64,000 nucleotides of DNA. It comes from Bdellovibrionales bacterium (GTDB lineage: Bacteria > Bdellovibrionota > Bdellovibrionia > Bdellovibrionales > JAMPXM01). Below the pieces are notes generated by a model. That model was not told the DNA's origin, searched no databases, and worked only from the letters and a program-made list of their open reading frames with translations. The position numbers and the translations under genes were made by a program. Below, in pieces: positions 55,771 through 64,000 of this stretch (the stretch's first letter is position 1; the number at the start of each line of letters is the position of its first letter). The stretch is taken from NCBI GenBank assembly GCA_043739185.1, contig JAYUEN010000387.1, positions 15,297 through 79,296 on the forward strand, in the 5' to 3' direction.

Positions 55771-57231
55771 TCACTTTAAAAGCCAGGCTTTCGGAGCCCC
55801 GGCTCGACCATCTTTAAAGACCAATGCAATATCTCGAAAAGCTCGAGATGTCTCAATAGGATTTTGATTTAACAAAACTAAATCCGCAGTTTTGCCTTCG
55901 GTGATGCTTCCTATTTCACTGTCAACTTTTAGCATTTGAGCTGCGCGCAGAGTTGAGGCCCTTACAACTTCGAGAACGGGAATGCCTGCATCAAGTAATG
56001 CTTCGACTTCAAGAATCGATCCGACGCCGTGAAAAAAAGTTGAAAACAGTGGATAGTTTCCGGAGTCTGAGCCCATGACAATTGGAGTTCCCGAGTCGTA
56101 AATCGCCTTCAATGAAATTTTTGAATTTTGATAGTATTGTTCAATTGATTCTCTGCGAATAAAATATTGAGATAGAAATTCAGCCACAAACTGAGGAATG
56201 AACCAAGGCTTATTTTGACTTGAGAGCAGTTTAATAACTTCAGGAGTCGCGACCTTCGCTGTTTTAATTTGTTCATCGGGAACCAAGAGTCTAAACCAGG
56301 CTTCATCAAATATTTTTTGATCCCACATTAAAAGCATCATTTTGTAGATTGCAAGCGTACTGACAACATAGGCTTTGCTCTGATAAATTTTTTGAATAAT
56401 TTCGGGGCTAGCGACTTTGTCAAAAAATCCGCCATGCATAAAGGCGTAGGGTTTAAGATCAAAGGCCATCCAAAACGCCTCCTCCGACTCGCTATGTACG
56501 AAAATAGGAAGCTTGGCCGCATCGGCCTCCTCAAGAATTTTTCTGCGGAAATGGGAGTTGAAAACCCGAAAAGCCGAAAGCGGTGCAAAGCCATACTCCA
56601 AAACCACCTTCGTGCCCAATGGGTGAATATTTTTGATTTCCTCAAAGCGATCGTGAATATCTGTGATTTTTTTTATGGGATTTGTGAGATCATGATAAAG
56701 TGTGCCGCGCGCTTCGGAGGATGCAAAATAGCCTTCGTTTGGAGTTAAAAATGGGGTGAGGCCAAAAAACCTAGGGATATTATTTTGTTTTTGAAATTGG
56801 GCCACCTCTTCAAAAAGTTTCAATGGAGTGGCGGCATCTAAAATAGTAGTAACTCCAGCCGCAAGATAGGCTTGCAGCTGAATTTTTTGCTGATCGCTCA
56901 CTTTGGATTGAGATTCATTTCTAAAAATAGAGCCTGGCACACTTCGGATGTGTACATGACAATCAATCAAGCCAGGGATCAAGGTTTTTCCGGTTCCGTC
57001 AATGATCATTTTTGCTTGGCTATTTAGATTCTTTCCGATGCGTGCAATTTTGCTTTCAATTATTTCAACGTCCATCGACTCTTTTGGGGGCGCCCCCGTT
57101 CCGTCGATGAGCAAAACATTTTTGATGAGTGTGATGTTGGTGCTTGCGTAAGTCTTGGTAAAAAAACTTGAGAAGAGAAAAGTGAAAATTACTGCAAATA
57201 TTCTTTTGAAGTTTGAATTTTTCATTTTCAA
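55771..57231 (-). CDS. Amidohydrolase-family protein with signal peptide
   Basis: PGLIDCHVH (HxH), VHSE, MHGG, MGSDSG, GKTADLVLL. Confidence 0.88.
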   Translation of the reverse strand: MKMKNSNFKRIFAVIFTFLFSSFFTKTYASTNITLIKNVLLIDGTGAPPKESMDVEIIESKIARIGKNLNSQAKMIIDGTGKTLIPGLIDCHVHIRSVPGSIFRNESQSKVSDQQKIQLQAYLAAGVTTILDAATPLKLFEEVAQFQKQNNIPRFFGLTPFLTPNEGYFASSEARGTLYHDLTNPIKKITDIHDRFEEIKNIHPLGTKVVLEYGFAPLSAFRVFNSHFRRKILEEADAAKLPIFVHSESEEAFWMAFDLKPYAFMHGGFFDKVASPEIIQKIYQSKAYVVSTLAIYKMMLLMWDQKIFDEAWFRLLVPDEQIKTAKVATPEVIKLLSSQNKPWFIPQFVAEFLSQYFIRRESIEQYYQNSKISLKAIYDSGTPIVMGSDSGNYPLFSTFFHGVGSILEVEALLDAGIPVLEVVRASTLRAAQMLKVDSEIGSITEGKTADLVLLNQNPIETSRAFRDIALVFKDGRAGAPKAWLLK

Positions 57232-57245
57232 AAAAACTTTCTTGA

Positions 57246-57812
57246 TTACGAAGTTAGGAGTATCTTTTGCCAGGTTTCGGCTCTCATGCTAAATACAATA
57301 TGATCGACGAAATGGTCATAAAGCCACTCATTGTCTCGCAATTGACCTTCCTTTTCGAAGCCCAAGGTGATGGGAATGGATTGGCTCGCTAAGTTCCCCG
57401 GAGCGCATCTAATTTCTATGCGATTGAGTTTGAGCTCCGAGAAAGCATATTCACAAAGGCACTTGGTTGCATTTTTTGCAAAGCCGTTTCCGCGAAATTC
57501 CTGTCCAACCCAATAGCCGATCATGGCTTTGCGGTGTTGCCAATCAATATCGCGAAGGTGAATAATACCAATTATCTTCTGATTGTACCAAATCCACATG
57601 GCAAGGCCTTTACCATCTCTAATTTCTAACAAAGTCGATTGAATAAACTTTTCAAGTTCAGAAACCGATTTTGTGTGATCAAGCCAACCAAGCCATTGGC
57701 GAAGATAGGGGCGATTGCGATCAATGAGAGCCATAAACTCGAGCGAATGTTCGATGCTTAAGATTTGAAGTTCTGTATTGGCATCAATATTAAGTTTTAA
57801 TTTGTCTTTCAT
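57246..57812 (-). CDS. RimJ/RimL-family GNAT acetyltransferase
   Basis: RQWLGW, IGYWVG..FRGNG, LNRIEIRC, GFEKEG. Confidence 0.9.
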   Translation of the reverse strand: MKDKLKLNIDANTELQILSIEHSLEFMALIDRNRPYLRQWLGWLDHTKSVSELEKFIQSTLLEIRDGKGLAMWIWYNQKIIGIIHLRDIDWQHRKAMIGYWVGQEFRGNGFAKNATKCLCEYAFSELKLNRIEIRCAPGNLASQSIPITLGFEKEGQLRDNEWLYDHFVDHIVFSMRAETWQKILLTS

Positions 57813-58028
57813 TTAGCAAATATACTCTCATTTAAAAAAAATGGGGAGATTTTAGAGTCGGTTAAAGCTTTGAGCTTCAAAGATTACAGTCAAGGGGGAT
57901 GAGCTACTGCTATATTAAATAGCAAATGGTGTTTTTATTTGGCAGTTGATCAATATGATCCTAACCTATTGCGAGTGTGAAAAGGCCGTGCTTTTTGATT
58001 CCTTAATTCTAAAAGGTAGATTTTATCA

Positions 58029-58658
58029 ATGAAAAGATTCACCTGCCCATCATGTGGCGCCGCGATCGAATTTCAGTCATCGATGACAATTTATATGGTC
58101 TGCAAATATTGTCGATCTACTTTGGTGAGAAAAGATCTAAGTTTGGAGTCTATTGGGAAAATGGCTGAACTTAAAAATGATATGACGCCATTTCAAATCG
58201 GAAGTTTTGGTCACTTTAAAGACAATTTTGTTTTTATCGGTAGAGTTCAAATTTCGTGGGCCGATGGCTTTTGGAATGAGTGGTATATTCGTTTTGACGA
58301 CGGCAAAGAGGCATGGTTAGCTGAGGCACAGGGTTCATATATGATTAGTTTTGCTGCTGACATTCCTAAAACATTGCCAAAGGCGACAGAGTTAAGTCCA
58401 GAAATGCCTATTCAAATAGGAAGTATTTTGTACCAGGTCGATGACATCAAAGACGTGACTTATGCTTTTGCAGAAGGTGAGCTTCCGTTTTCTGCACCTC
58501 AAGGATTCAAAGGAGTATCGGTTGATTTGAGTCACGGCGAAAATTATTTTGCATCTATTAGTTATACCGAGAGCGGAGATGTTGACGTATTTGTGGGGCA
58601 ATATCTTGAGTTTGAAAAGTTTCAGTTTAAAAATTTGAGGCAAATCGATGGCTGGTAA
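58029..58658 (+). CDS. Zinc-ribbon plus DUF4178-domain protein
   Basis: CPSC..CKYC; GRVQISW, WNEW, WLAEAQG, GELPF. Confidence 0.8.
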   Translation: MKRFTCPSCGAAIEFQSSMTIYMVCKYCRSTLVRKDLSLESIGKMAELKNDMTPFQIGSFGHFKDNFVFIGRVQISWADGFWNEWYIRFDDGKEAWLAEAQGSYMISFAADIPKTLPKATELSPEMPIQIGSILYQVDDIKDVTYAFAEGELPFSAPQGFKGVSVDLSHGENYFASISYTESGDVDVFVGQYLEFEKFQFKNLRQIDGW

Positions 58659-59916
58659 TTCTGACCTTCCTTCAAACTCAGTGTCGAGTTTCAATTGTCC
58701 TTCGTGTGGCGCCGCAGTTGTAATTAGAGCGGCCGGAATTACATTGACTGCTGTTTGTTCAGCCTGCGGCGCGATCTGTGATAGTGAGAATGGCAATTTT
58801 AAATTAGTAAAAAAAGCTCATGAACTTTTAAATATTAAGCCCCTGATTGAACTCGGCACAAAAGGAAAAATTCGCGGTCAAATTTTTCAGCTCATCGGCT
58901 TCATGCGCCGTTTTGAAAAAGAATATCCAAATGAACCATGGGATGAATACCTATTTTTTAATCCTTTTAATGGCTATTGTTGGTTGGTTGAATACAAAGG
59001 CCATTGGAATTTTTATAAGGTTACTAAGAATTCGCCAAAGAATTACCTCGGTTCTAAAATTGATTTTTTGGGTGATAAATATCAGATATTTCACAAGGGC
59101 AATGCGGTCGTTCAATTTGTAGTCGGTGAATTTTATTGGCGAGTACGAGTTGGTGACAGTGTTAAAACCCTTGATGCCATTTACCCTCCACATATTTTAT
59201 CAAAGGAACAAGACGGAAGTGAAGTGATATGGTCTATTGGTGAGTATCTCGAGCCGCAAGAAGTTGAAGCGGCATTTCATCCAAAGCCAATGCCTGTTCG
59301 ACATGGAGTGGCCCCAAGTCAGCCATCGAAAAGTAAAGGTGCTGGCGAAGCTTGGGCCGCATGGTTTTTGATTTTGCTTGCATTAGTCATGATTCAAATA
59401 ATTGGTAAATCAGTTAAGCCTGAAAAAATAATTTCGGGTACAAGTTTAAGTATTCCCATAACAGGTTTGAATGAAACTGAAATTCTCAAATTTTCAACAG
59501 AAGGCATTTCAACTCACGTCGCAATCAATGTCCACGCCAAGCTTGAACAGAGCTGGACAAGTATGAAGTTAAGAGTGGTTTCAGATGACCCATTAAAAAC
59601 CACCAATCATACATTTGAAAAAGAGCTTTCATATTATTTTGGAAGAGATGGCGGTGAATATTGGAGCGAGGGCAGTCAGAACGCAGAGTTTTTGGTCAAT
59701 GGATTACCTCGTGGCGATTACCATGTTCTTATTTCGGCAACCGCCGAGCCAGGACATACTGCCGATGTATTGGCAAGTATTGTAGTCTCACCTTCAATTT
59801 GGTCGAATTTTTGGCTCGCGATTTTAATTCTTTGTTTACCGCCGGTTTGGATGAGTTTCAGATCAAAGTCTTTTGAAATTAATCGTTGGAGTGAAAGCGA
59901 ATTCAAACCCTTTTAA
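58648..59916 (+). CDS. Second zinc-ribbon plus DUF4178 protein with C-terminal TM-flanked periplasmic domain
   Basis: CPSC..CSAC; WDEY, GYCWLVE, VVGEFYWRVRVGD; two TM segments. Confidence 0.8.
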   Translation: MAGNSDLPSNSVSSFNCPSCGAAVVIRAAGITLTAVCSACGAICDSENGNFKLVKKAHELLNIKPLIELGTKGKIRGQIFQLIGFMRRFEKEYPNEPWDEYLFFNPFNGYCWLVEYKGHWNFYKVTKNSPKNYLGSKIDFLGDKYQIFHKGNAVVQFVVGEFYWRVRVGDSVKTLDAIYPPHILSKEQDGSEVIWSIGEYLEPQEVEAAFHPKPMPVRHGVAPSQPSKSKGAGEAWAAWFLILLALVMIQIIGKSVKPEKIISGTSLSIPITGLNETEILKFSTEGISTHVAINVHAKLEQSWTSMKLRVVSDDPLKTTNHTFEKELSYYFGRDGGEYWSEGSQNAEFLVNGLPRGDYHVLISATAEPGHTADVLASIVVSPSIWSNFWLAILILCLPPVWMSFRSKSFEINRWSESEFKPF

Positions 59917-59930
59917 GTGAAAGTTAACTT

Positions 59931-60155
59931 ATGGCCGAAGAAGAAAAATCCGTTGAAAGTCAAAATTTTTGGACAAGCTTACCGTCTGGAGTCCGCTATT
60001 ATATTTACTTCAGTGTTTTGGTATGTTCAGGCGTGGCTTGTGCGAATCATTTGGGATGGTTCCCAACTTACGGAATATTCTCTGGCGAAAACTCAATGCA
60101 TTCACGTTATCACAGTAGCTACTATCACGGTGGCTACGGAATTCATGGCAAATAA
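59931..60155 (+). CDS. Small membrane-anchored protein with His/Tyr/Gly-rich tail ending GGYGIHGK
   Basis: Fills the operon gap between DUF4178 and DUF350; one hydrophobic segment. Confidence 0.6.
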   Translation: MAEEEKSVESQNFWTSLPSGVRYYIYFSVLVCSGVACANHLGWFPTYGIFSGENSMHSRYHSSYYHGGYGIHGK

Positions 60156-60170
60156 AATCAGGAGGTTTGA

Positions 60171-60389
60171 ATGGAAATTTTAATTAATCCGGTAAACATA
60201 ATAAACGCTGTCATCTACTCGTGTTTAGGGCTATGTCTTTTTGCCTTAGGCTTTTGGCTGATTGATCGCTTTACTCCTTATCATCTCTGGAAGGAAGTCA
60301 TCGAAGAGAAAAATATTGCTCTGGCAATTGTGGTCGGCGCAATTTCAATCGGTATCTGCAATATCATCGCGGCGGCCCTCAATGGCTAG
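60171..60389 (+). CDS. DUF350-family small membrane protein
   Basis: SD AGGAGG; DRFTPYHLWKEVIEEKNIALAI. Confidence 0.85.
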   Translation: MEILINPVNIINAVIYSCLGLCLFALGFWLIDRFTPYHLWKEVIEEKNIALAIVVGAISIGICNIIAAALNG

Positions 60390-60399
60390 CTCTTAATTA

Positions 60400-61905
60400 A
60401 TGTCTTTGTTATTTCTCCTCTCAGCTTTTGTTATTTCAACATGTGGGCTCGTTTACGAGCTTGTCAATGGCGCGCTCGCCAGTTACCTGTTGGGCGACTC
60501 TGTAACCCAGTTTTCGACCGTCATTGGGGTTTATCTGTTTGCCATGGGCATTGGCTCTTATTTAACAAAATTTATTCGCGGAAACTTAGCGCTCACTTTT
60601 GTCGGAATTGAAATTTTAGTTGGAGTGGTCGGTGGCTTCTCTTCAGCCTTACTCTTTGTTTTGTTTGCTCATATTGTACATTTTCGCGTTTGCTTGTATC
60701 TCATTGTTGGTATCACCGGAATGCTTGTGGGTGCCGAGATTCCGATTCTTCTGCGAATATTACAAGATCAATTTCAATTCAAAGACTTAGTGGCGAAAGT
60801 ATTTACTTTTGATTATGTCGGGGCTCTATTTGCCTCCATTTTATTTCCGCTTCTGTTGGTTCCTCATCTCGGGATGATCAGAACGAGTTTTCTCTTTGGA
60901 ATATTCAATGTGGTGGTCGCTCTTGCCGCAATTCAAATTTTGGGTCAAAAGTCGATTGCCTATAAATCCCTGCGAGGTGTCGCCATTCTTGCACTCGTAT
61001 CTCTGATTACTGGATTTGCAGCCAGCGATAGACTTGAGGCCTTTGGTGAGGCGGGGGTTTTTCCTGGGCAAACAATATTTGCTAAAACCACGAACTATCA
61101 GCGTATTTTAATTACCAGACAAGAAAATGATATTCGTCTTTTTTTAAATGCACATTTGCAATTTAGTTCACGTGATGAATATCGCTACCACGAAGCCCTG
61201 ATCCATCCCGGCCTCAATTCAATCGAAAATCCTGAAAGAGTCCTTGTCTTGGGCGGCGGCGATGGCATGGCGGTTAGAGAAATTCTCAAGCACCCTAAAG
61301 TAAAATCGGTCACACTTGTGGATTTAGATGCCGAGATGACACGTATTTTCACAGACATTGATTTTTTGCGAATTTTGAACAAGAGTTCATTTAGTGATCC
61401 GCGTATGAACATCATCAATACCGATGCCTTTGTCTGGCTCAAGGAGCATCCAAGCGAAAAGTTTGATTTCATTGTTTTGGATTTTCCGGATCCAGCAAAT
61501 TATTCAATCGGCAAACTTTATACCATTACTTTTTTTAAATTGCTTTTGCAGGCCCTTCAAAAAGATGGCCGTGTAGTCATTCAAAGTACATCGCCCTTGG
61601 CAGCAAGAAAATCATACTGGTGTGTGGCACATACTTTGACGGCTGCGGGTTTTAAAAACATTACGCCCTATCATGCCTATGTCCCATCTTTTGGTGAATG
61701 GGGATTTGTTATGGGCTCGCAAACTCCCTTTCGGTCGCCCGAGCAATATCTGGATGGTTTGAAGTTTATTGAGCCCAAGACTTTTTCGGCAATGCTTTAT
61801 TTTCCTAGCGATATGTCTGACGTTCCGACCGAAATTAATCGACTCAATAATCAAGCGCTGGTGAGATATTATGAGGCTGAGTGGTCAGAATTTCTGGTGA
61901 ACTGA
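60400..61905 (+). CDS. Membrane-fused polyamine aminopropyltransferase (spermidine synthase-like)
   Basis: About 7 N-terminal TMs (GLVYEL, YLLGDSVTQFS); DEYRYHEAL, LGGGDG, VDLD, DFPDP, PSFGEWG. Confidence 0.9.
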   Translation: MSLLFLLSAFVISTCGLVYELVNGALASYLLGDSVTQFSTVIGVYLFAMGIGSYLTKFIRGNLALTFVGIEILVGVVGGFSSALLFVLFAHIVHFRVCLYLIVGITGMLVGAEIPILLRILQDQFQFKDLVAKVFTFDYVGALFASILFPLLLVPHLGMIRTSFLFGIFNVVVALAAIQILGQKSIAYKSLRGVAILALVSLITGFAASDRLEAFGEAGVFPGQTIFAKTTNYQRILITRQENDIRLFLNAHLQFSSRDEYRYHEALIHPGLNSIENPERVLVLGGGDGMAVREILKHPKVKSVTLVDLDAEMTRIFTDIDFLRILNKSSFSDPRMNIINTDAFVWLKEHPSEKFDFIVLDFPDPANYSIGKLYTITFFKLLLQALQKDGRVVIQSTSPLAARKSYWCVAHTLTAAGFKNITPYHAYVPSFGEWGFVMGSQTPFRSPEQYLDGLKFIEPKTFSAMLYFPSDMSDVPTEINRLNNQALVRYYEAEWSEFLVN

Positions 61906-63542
61906 TGAGAGAGTGGACGCGCCGTCAGGTTTTAAAGTCTTCAATTATCGGAACTGGCGGCTTAGTACTTGCTTCAAAGGGAGTTTTTTCTCTTTTTAAG
62001 AAAAAATCAGCATCTGAAATTCCAGTTAAACTTTTAGGGCCATCATCATCTGTAGCTCATAAATTAAGAGATGGATTTGAATTCCCAGCACCAAGTGAAT
62101 TTAAGAAAACTGAAGTTTTGATTGTGGGCGGAGGAATTTCGGGCTTATCAGCTGGCTGGAGACTTCAAAAAAGAGGCATTCGCGATTTTCAGATTCTCGA
62201 ACTTGAAAGTGAAGTTGGAGGGAACTCGCGCGCAGGGAAAAATGAAGTTTCAAAATTTCCCTGGGGCGCCCATTATGTGACTCTCTTGAATGAAGAAGCT
62301 CTGTATGCAAAAGAAATGTATCGAGACTTTGGCATCATCACCGGAGAAAATGATCAGCGTGCAATTTATAATGAATACTATCTCTGTCAGGCTCCACATG
62401 AACGTCTTTATATATATCAAAAATGGCAAGAAGGCTTATTGCCAAAGCTTGGTGTCAGTTTAGACGATGAAATTCAAGCGAAAGCTTTCTTTGCCGAAGT
62501 TGAAAAATACCGCTATGCCAAGGGCAATGACGGAAGATATGCATTTACGATTCCACTTGAAATGAGTTCTAGGGATCCGCGTTTTCTTGCCCTAGACCAA
62601 ATAACGATGGCAGAATTTCTCAAGCGAAATTCCTGGAATTCGAAACCTCTCAATTGGTATGTAAATTATTGCTGTCGCGACGACTTCGGAATTCCTCACT
62701 CGCAGGCTTCTGCCTGGGCAGGTTTGCATTATTTTTGTTCTCGTCGGGGACAGGCAGATGGAGTCGATGGCTCTGCAGTTCTGACCTGGCCCGAGGGCAA
62801 TGGGTGGATTGTTGGTAAGCTTCGAGAAAAACTTGGACCCTTCATTGAACAAGATTCTCTTGCCATTCAAATTCGTGAAAATGGCGGGCAGGTGAGTGTC
62901 GATGTATGGAATGAAAAAAGCAAATCCGTAACTCGGTGGACGGCGCAGTCTCTCATATTAGCCGTTCCCAGATTTGTTTCAACCCATCTCGCCCCAATCT
63001 TGAAGCAAAAACAAAATGAAATTGTGCAAGCGATTTCATACTCTCCTTGGATGGTTGCAAATATAACTTTACGAAAAGCACCTGCCACCGAAGCTGGTGC
63101 AGCCATTTCGTGGGATAATGTTTTTTATCAGAGCGATTCTTTGGGGTATGTTGTTGCCACCCATCAGCGCTCAGCGATTCATACCGAAGCTACGGTTTGG
63201 ACTTACTATAAACCACTTGATCATCTCGAGCCGAGCTTGGCACGGAAACAAGCTTACTCAACAACGGCTGAAGATTGGCGAGCGATGATCATTGCTGATA
63301 TTTCAAAGGCCCACCCAGATATCTCAGACTATATAGAATCTATAGAGGTTTGGATATGGGGACATGCGATGGTTCGACCGACTCCTGGTTTTATTTGGGG
63401 GCAGGCAAGAGCGGAAATGCAAAAGACTTTGGGGCGAATTCATTTTGCCCATTCGGATATGAGTGGGATTTCAATTTTTGAAGAAGCTAATTTTCACGGA
63501 GTAAGGGCTGCAGATGAGGTCATTAAATATGATCTCGGTTAA
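61905..63542 (+). CDS. FAD-dependent amine oxidase-like oxidoreductase with Tat-like N-terminus
   Basis: TRRQVLK; GGGISG dinucleotide motif; GGNSR, WGAHY, WGHAM, HSDMSG.SIFEEA. ATG 61905 overlaps the upstream TGA. Confidence 0.85.
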   Translation: MREWTRRQVLKSSIIGTGGLVLASKGVFSLFKKKSASEIPVKLLGPSSSVAHKLRDGFEFPAPSEFKKTEVLIVGGGISGLSAGWRLQKRGIRDFQILELESEVGGNSRAGKNEVSKFPWGAHYVTLLNEEALYAKEMYRDFGIITGENDQRAIYNEYYLCQAPHERLYIYQKWQEGLLPKLGVSLDDEIQAKAFFAEVEKYRYAKGNDGRYAFTIPLEMSSRDPRFLALDQITMAEFLKRNSWNSKPLNWYVNYCCRDDFGIPHSQASAWAGLHYFCSRRGQADGVDGSAVLTWPEGNGWIVGKLREKLGPFIEQDSLAIQIRENGGQVSVDVWNEKSKSVTRWTAQSLILAVPRFVSTHLAPILKQKQNEIVQAISYSPWMVANITLRKAPATEAGAAISWDNVFYQSDSLGYVVATHQRSAIHTEATVWTYYKPLDHLEPSLARKQAYSTTAEDWRAMIIADISKAHPDISDYIESIEVWIWGHAMVRPTPGFIWGQARAEMQKTLGRIHFAHSDMSGISIFEEANFHGVRAADEVIKYDLG

Positions 63543-64000
63543 TCAAGCTCGCAATCAGCCCCAAAATCAGGCCCAAAATCAGGCCCAAAATCAGCCATGG
63601 ATTCATTCGGCAGCATTTGACCTCAGCCTAATTTTGGGCCCGTCCTTAATGGCTTGTTTAATCGTGCTGCTTTTTAATAAAGGTTTTGAACAACATCATG
63701 CTGTAGGTCCTATGGCGTGGATTATTCTTGTCGTTTGCATTGATGTCGCACATGTTTACTCTTCAATTTTTAGAACCTACGGTGACTCAGATATGCAAGC
63801 GCGCAGTCTTCTTTGGCTTGTTCCTCTTCTTTGTTGGGGTTTTGGCTCCGTCCTATATTCATTAGGACCTCACATTTTTTGGGCGGGTTTGGCATATATA
63901 GCGGTTTTTCACTTCATACGCCAGCAATACGGTTTTGCAATGATCTATGCTCGTGGAGAGCGAGACTATCCATCGTATTTTAAGCAACTCGATCGCGTTA
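63529..64000 (+). CDS. Polytopic membrane protein, truncated by the window end (not in the ORF track)
   Basis: Manual translation from ATG 63529: MISVNQARNQPQNQAQNQAQNQPWIHSAAFDLSLILGP...IDVAHVYSSIFRTY...FHFIRQQYGF, open to the end. Confidence 0.8.
   Translation, partial: MISVNQARNQPQNQAQNQAQNQPWIHSAAFDLSLILGPSLMACLIVLLFNKGFEQHHAVGPMAWIILVVCIDVAHVYSSIFRTYGDSDMQARSLLWLVPLLCWGFGSVLYSLGPHIFWAGLAYIAVFHFIRQQYGFAMIYARGERDYPSYFKQLDRV
63553..63596 (+). repeat. 12-bp tandem repeat AATCAG(G/C)CCCAA x3.7, coding NQ(P/A)Q
   Basis: Units at 63553, 63565, 63577, with a partial unit at 63589. Confidence 0.85.

Noticed and set aside
58029-59916. The two DUF4178 ORFs as one frameshifted pseudogene
   Set aside because: Each has its own ATG and N-terminal zinc ribbon, and they overlap by 11 nt like coupled genes.
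59917-60183. Alternative 88-aa ORF overlapping the 74-aa gene
   Set aside because: GTG start abutting the upstream stop, overlap with DUF350, and no coherent composition; the 74-aa frame fits the operon better.
338-63288. Numerous 60-115 aa ORFs antisense to or nested within the called genes
   Set aside because: They are shadows of longer genes with recognisable motifs and have no SD or family signature.
1-64000. CRISPR array, rRNA, tRNA, IS element or prophage
   Set aside because: No repeat-spacer periodicity, cloverleaf/T-loop signature, transposase or phage hallmark gene was seen by eye; a tRNAscan-SE/Infernal run would confirm.

Overview
A 64 kb stretch of ordinary, gene-dense chromosome of about 40% GC (estimated by eye). 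I saw no rRNA, tRNA, CRISPR array, IS element or prophage. The gene content (many signal-peptide proteins, an FQNC-type lipobox, RxVAS motifs, a PilZ membrane protein, SLT, S1/P1 nuclease) suggests a Bdellovibrionota-like predatory bacterium; this is inference. Housekeeping or regulatory genes include dbpA, gloA, a hybrid histidine kinase, two MFS transporters, YaeQ, LMW-PTP and GDT1. Larger loci are a YdbH/AsmA-like bridge operon (23.8-30.6 kb), an MBOAT/SGNH pair and a DUF4178-DUF350-spermidine synthase-FAD oxidoreductase cluster (58-64 kb). The most striking signal is four unrelated, normally cytoplasmic enzymes that have gained Sec-type signal peptides: a NadD-like adenylyltransferase/kinase fusion, DNA topoisomerase IB, a PepC-type cysteine peptidase and a fused EutB-EutC ethanolamine ammonia-lyase. 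All four carry the same short C-x-x-[LI]-F motif at a terminus of the mature protein, a candidate second-step targeting tag for exported effectors. All family assignments come from motif recognition by eye, not database searches.
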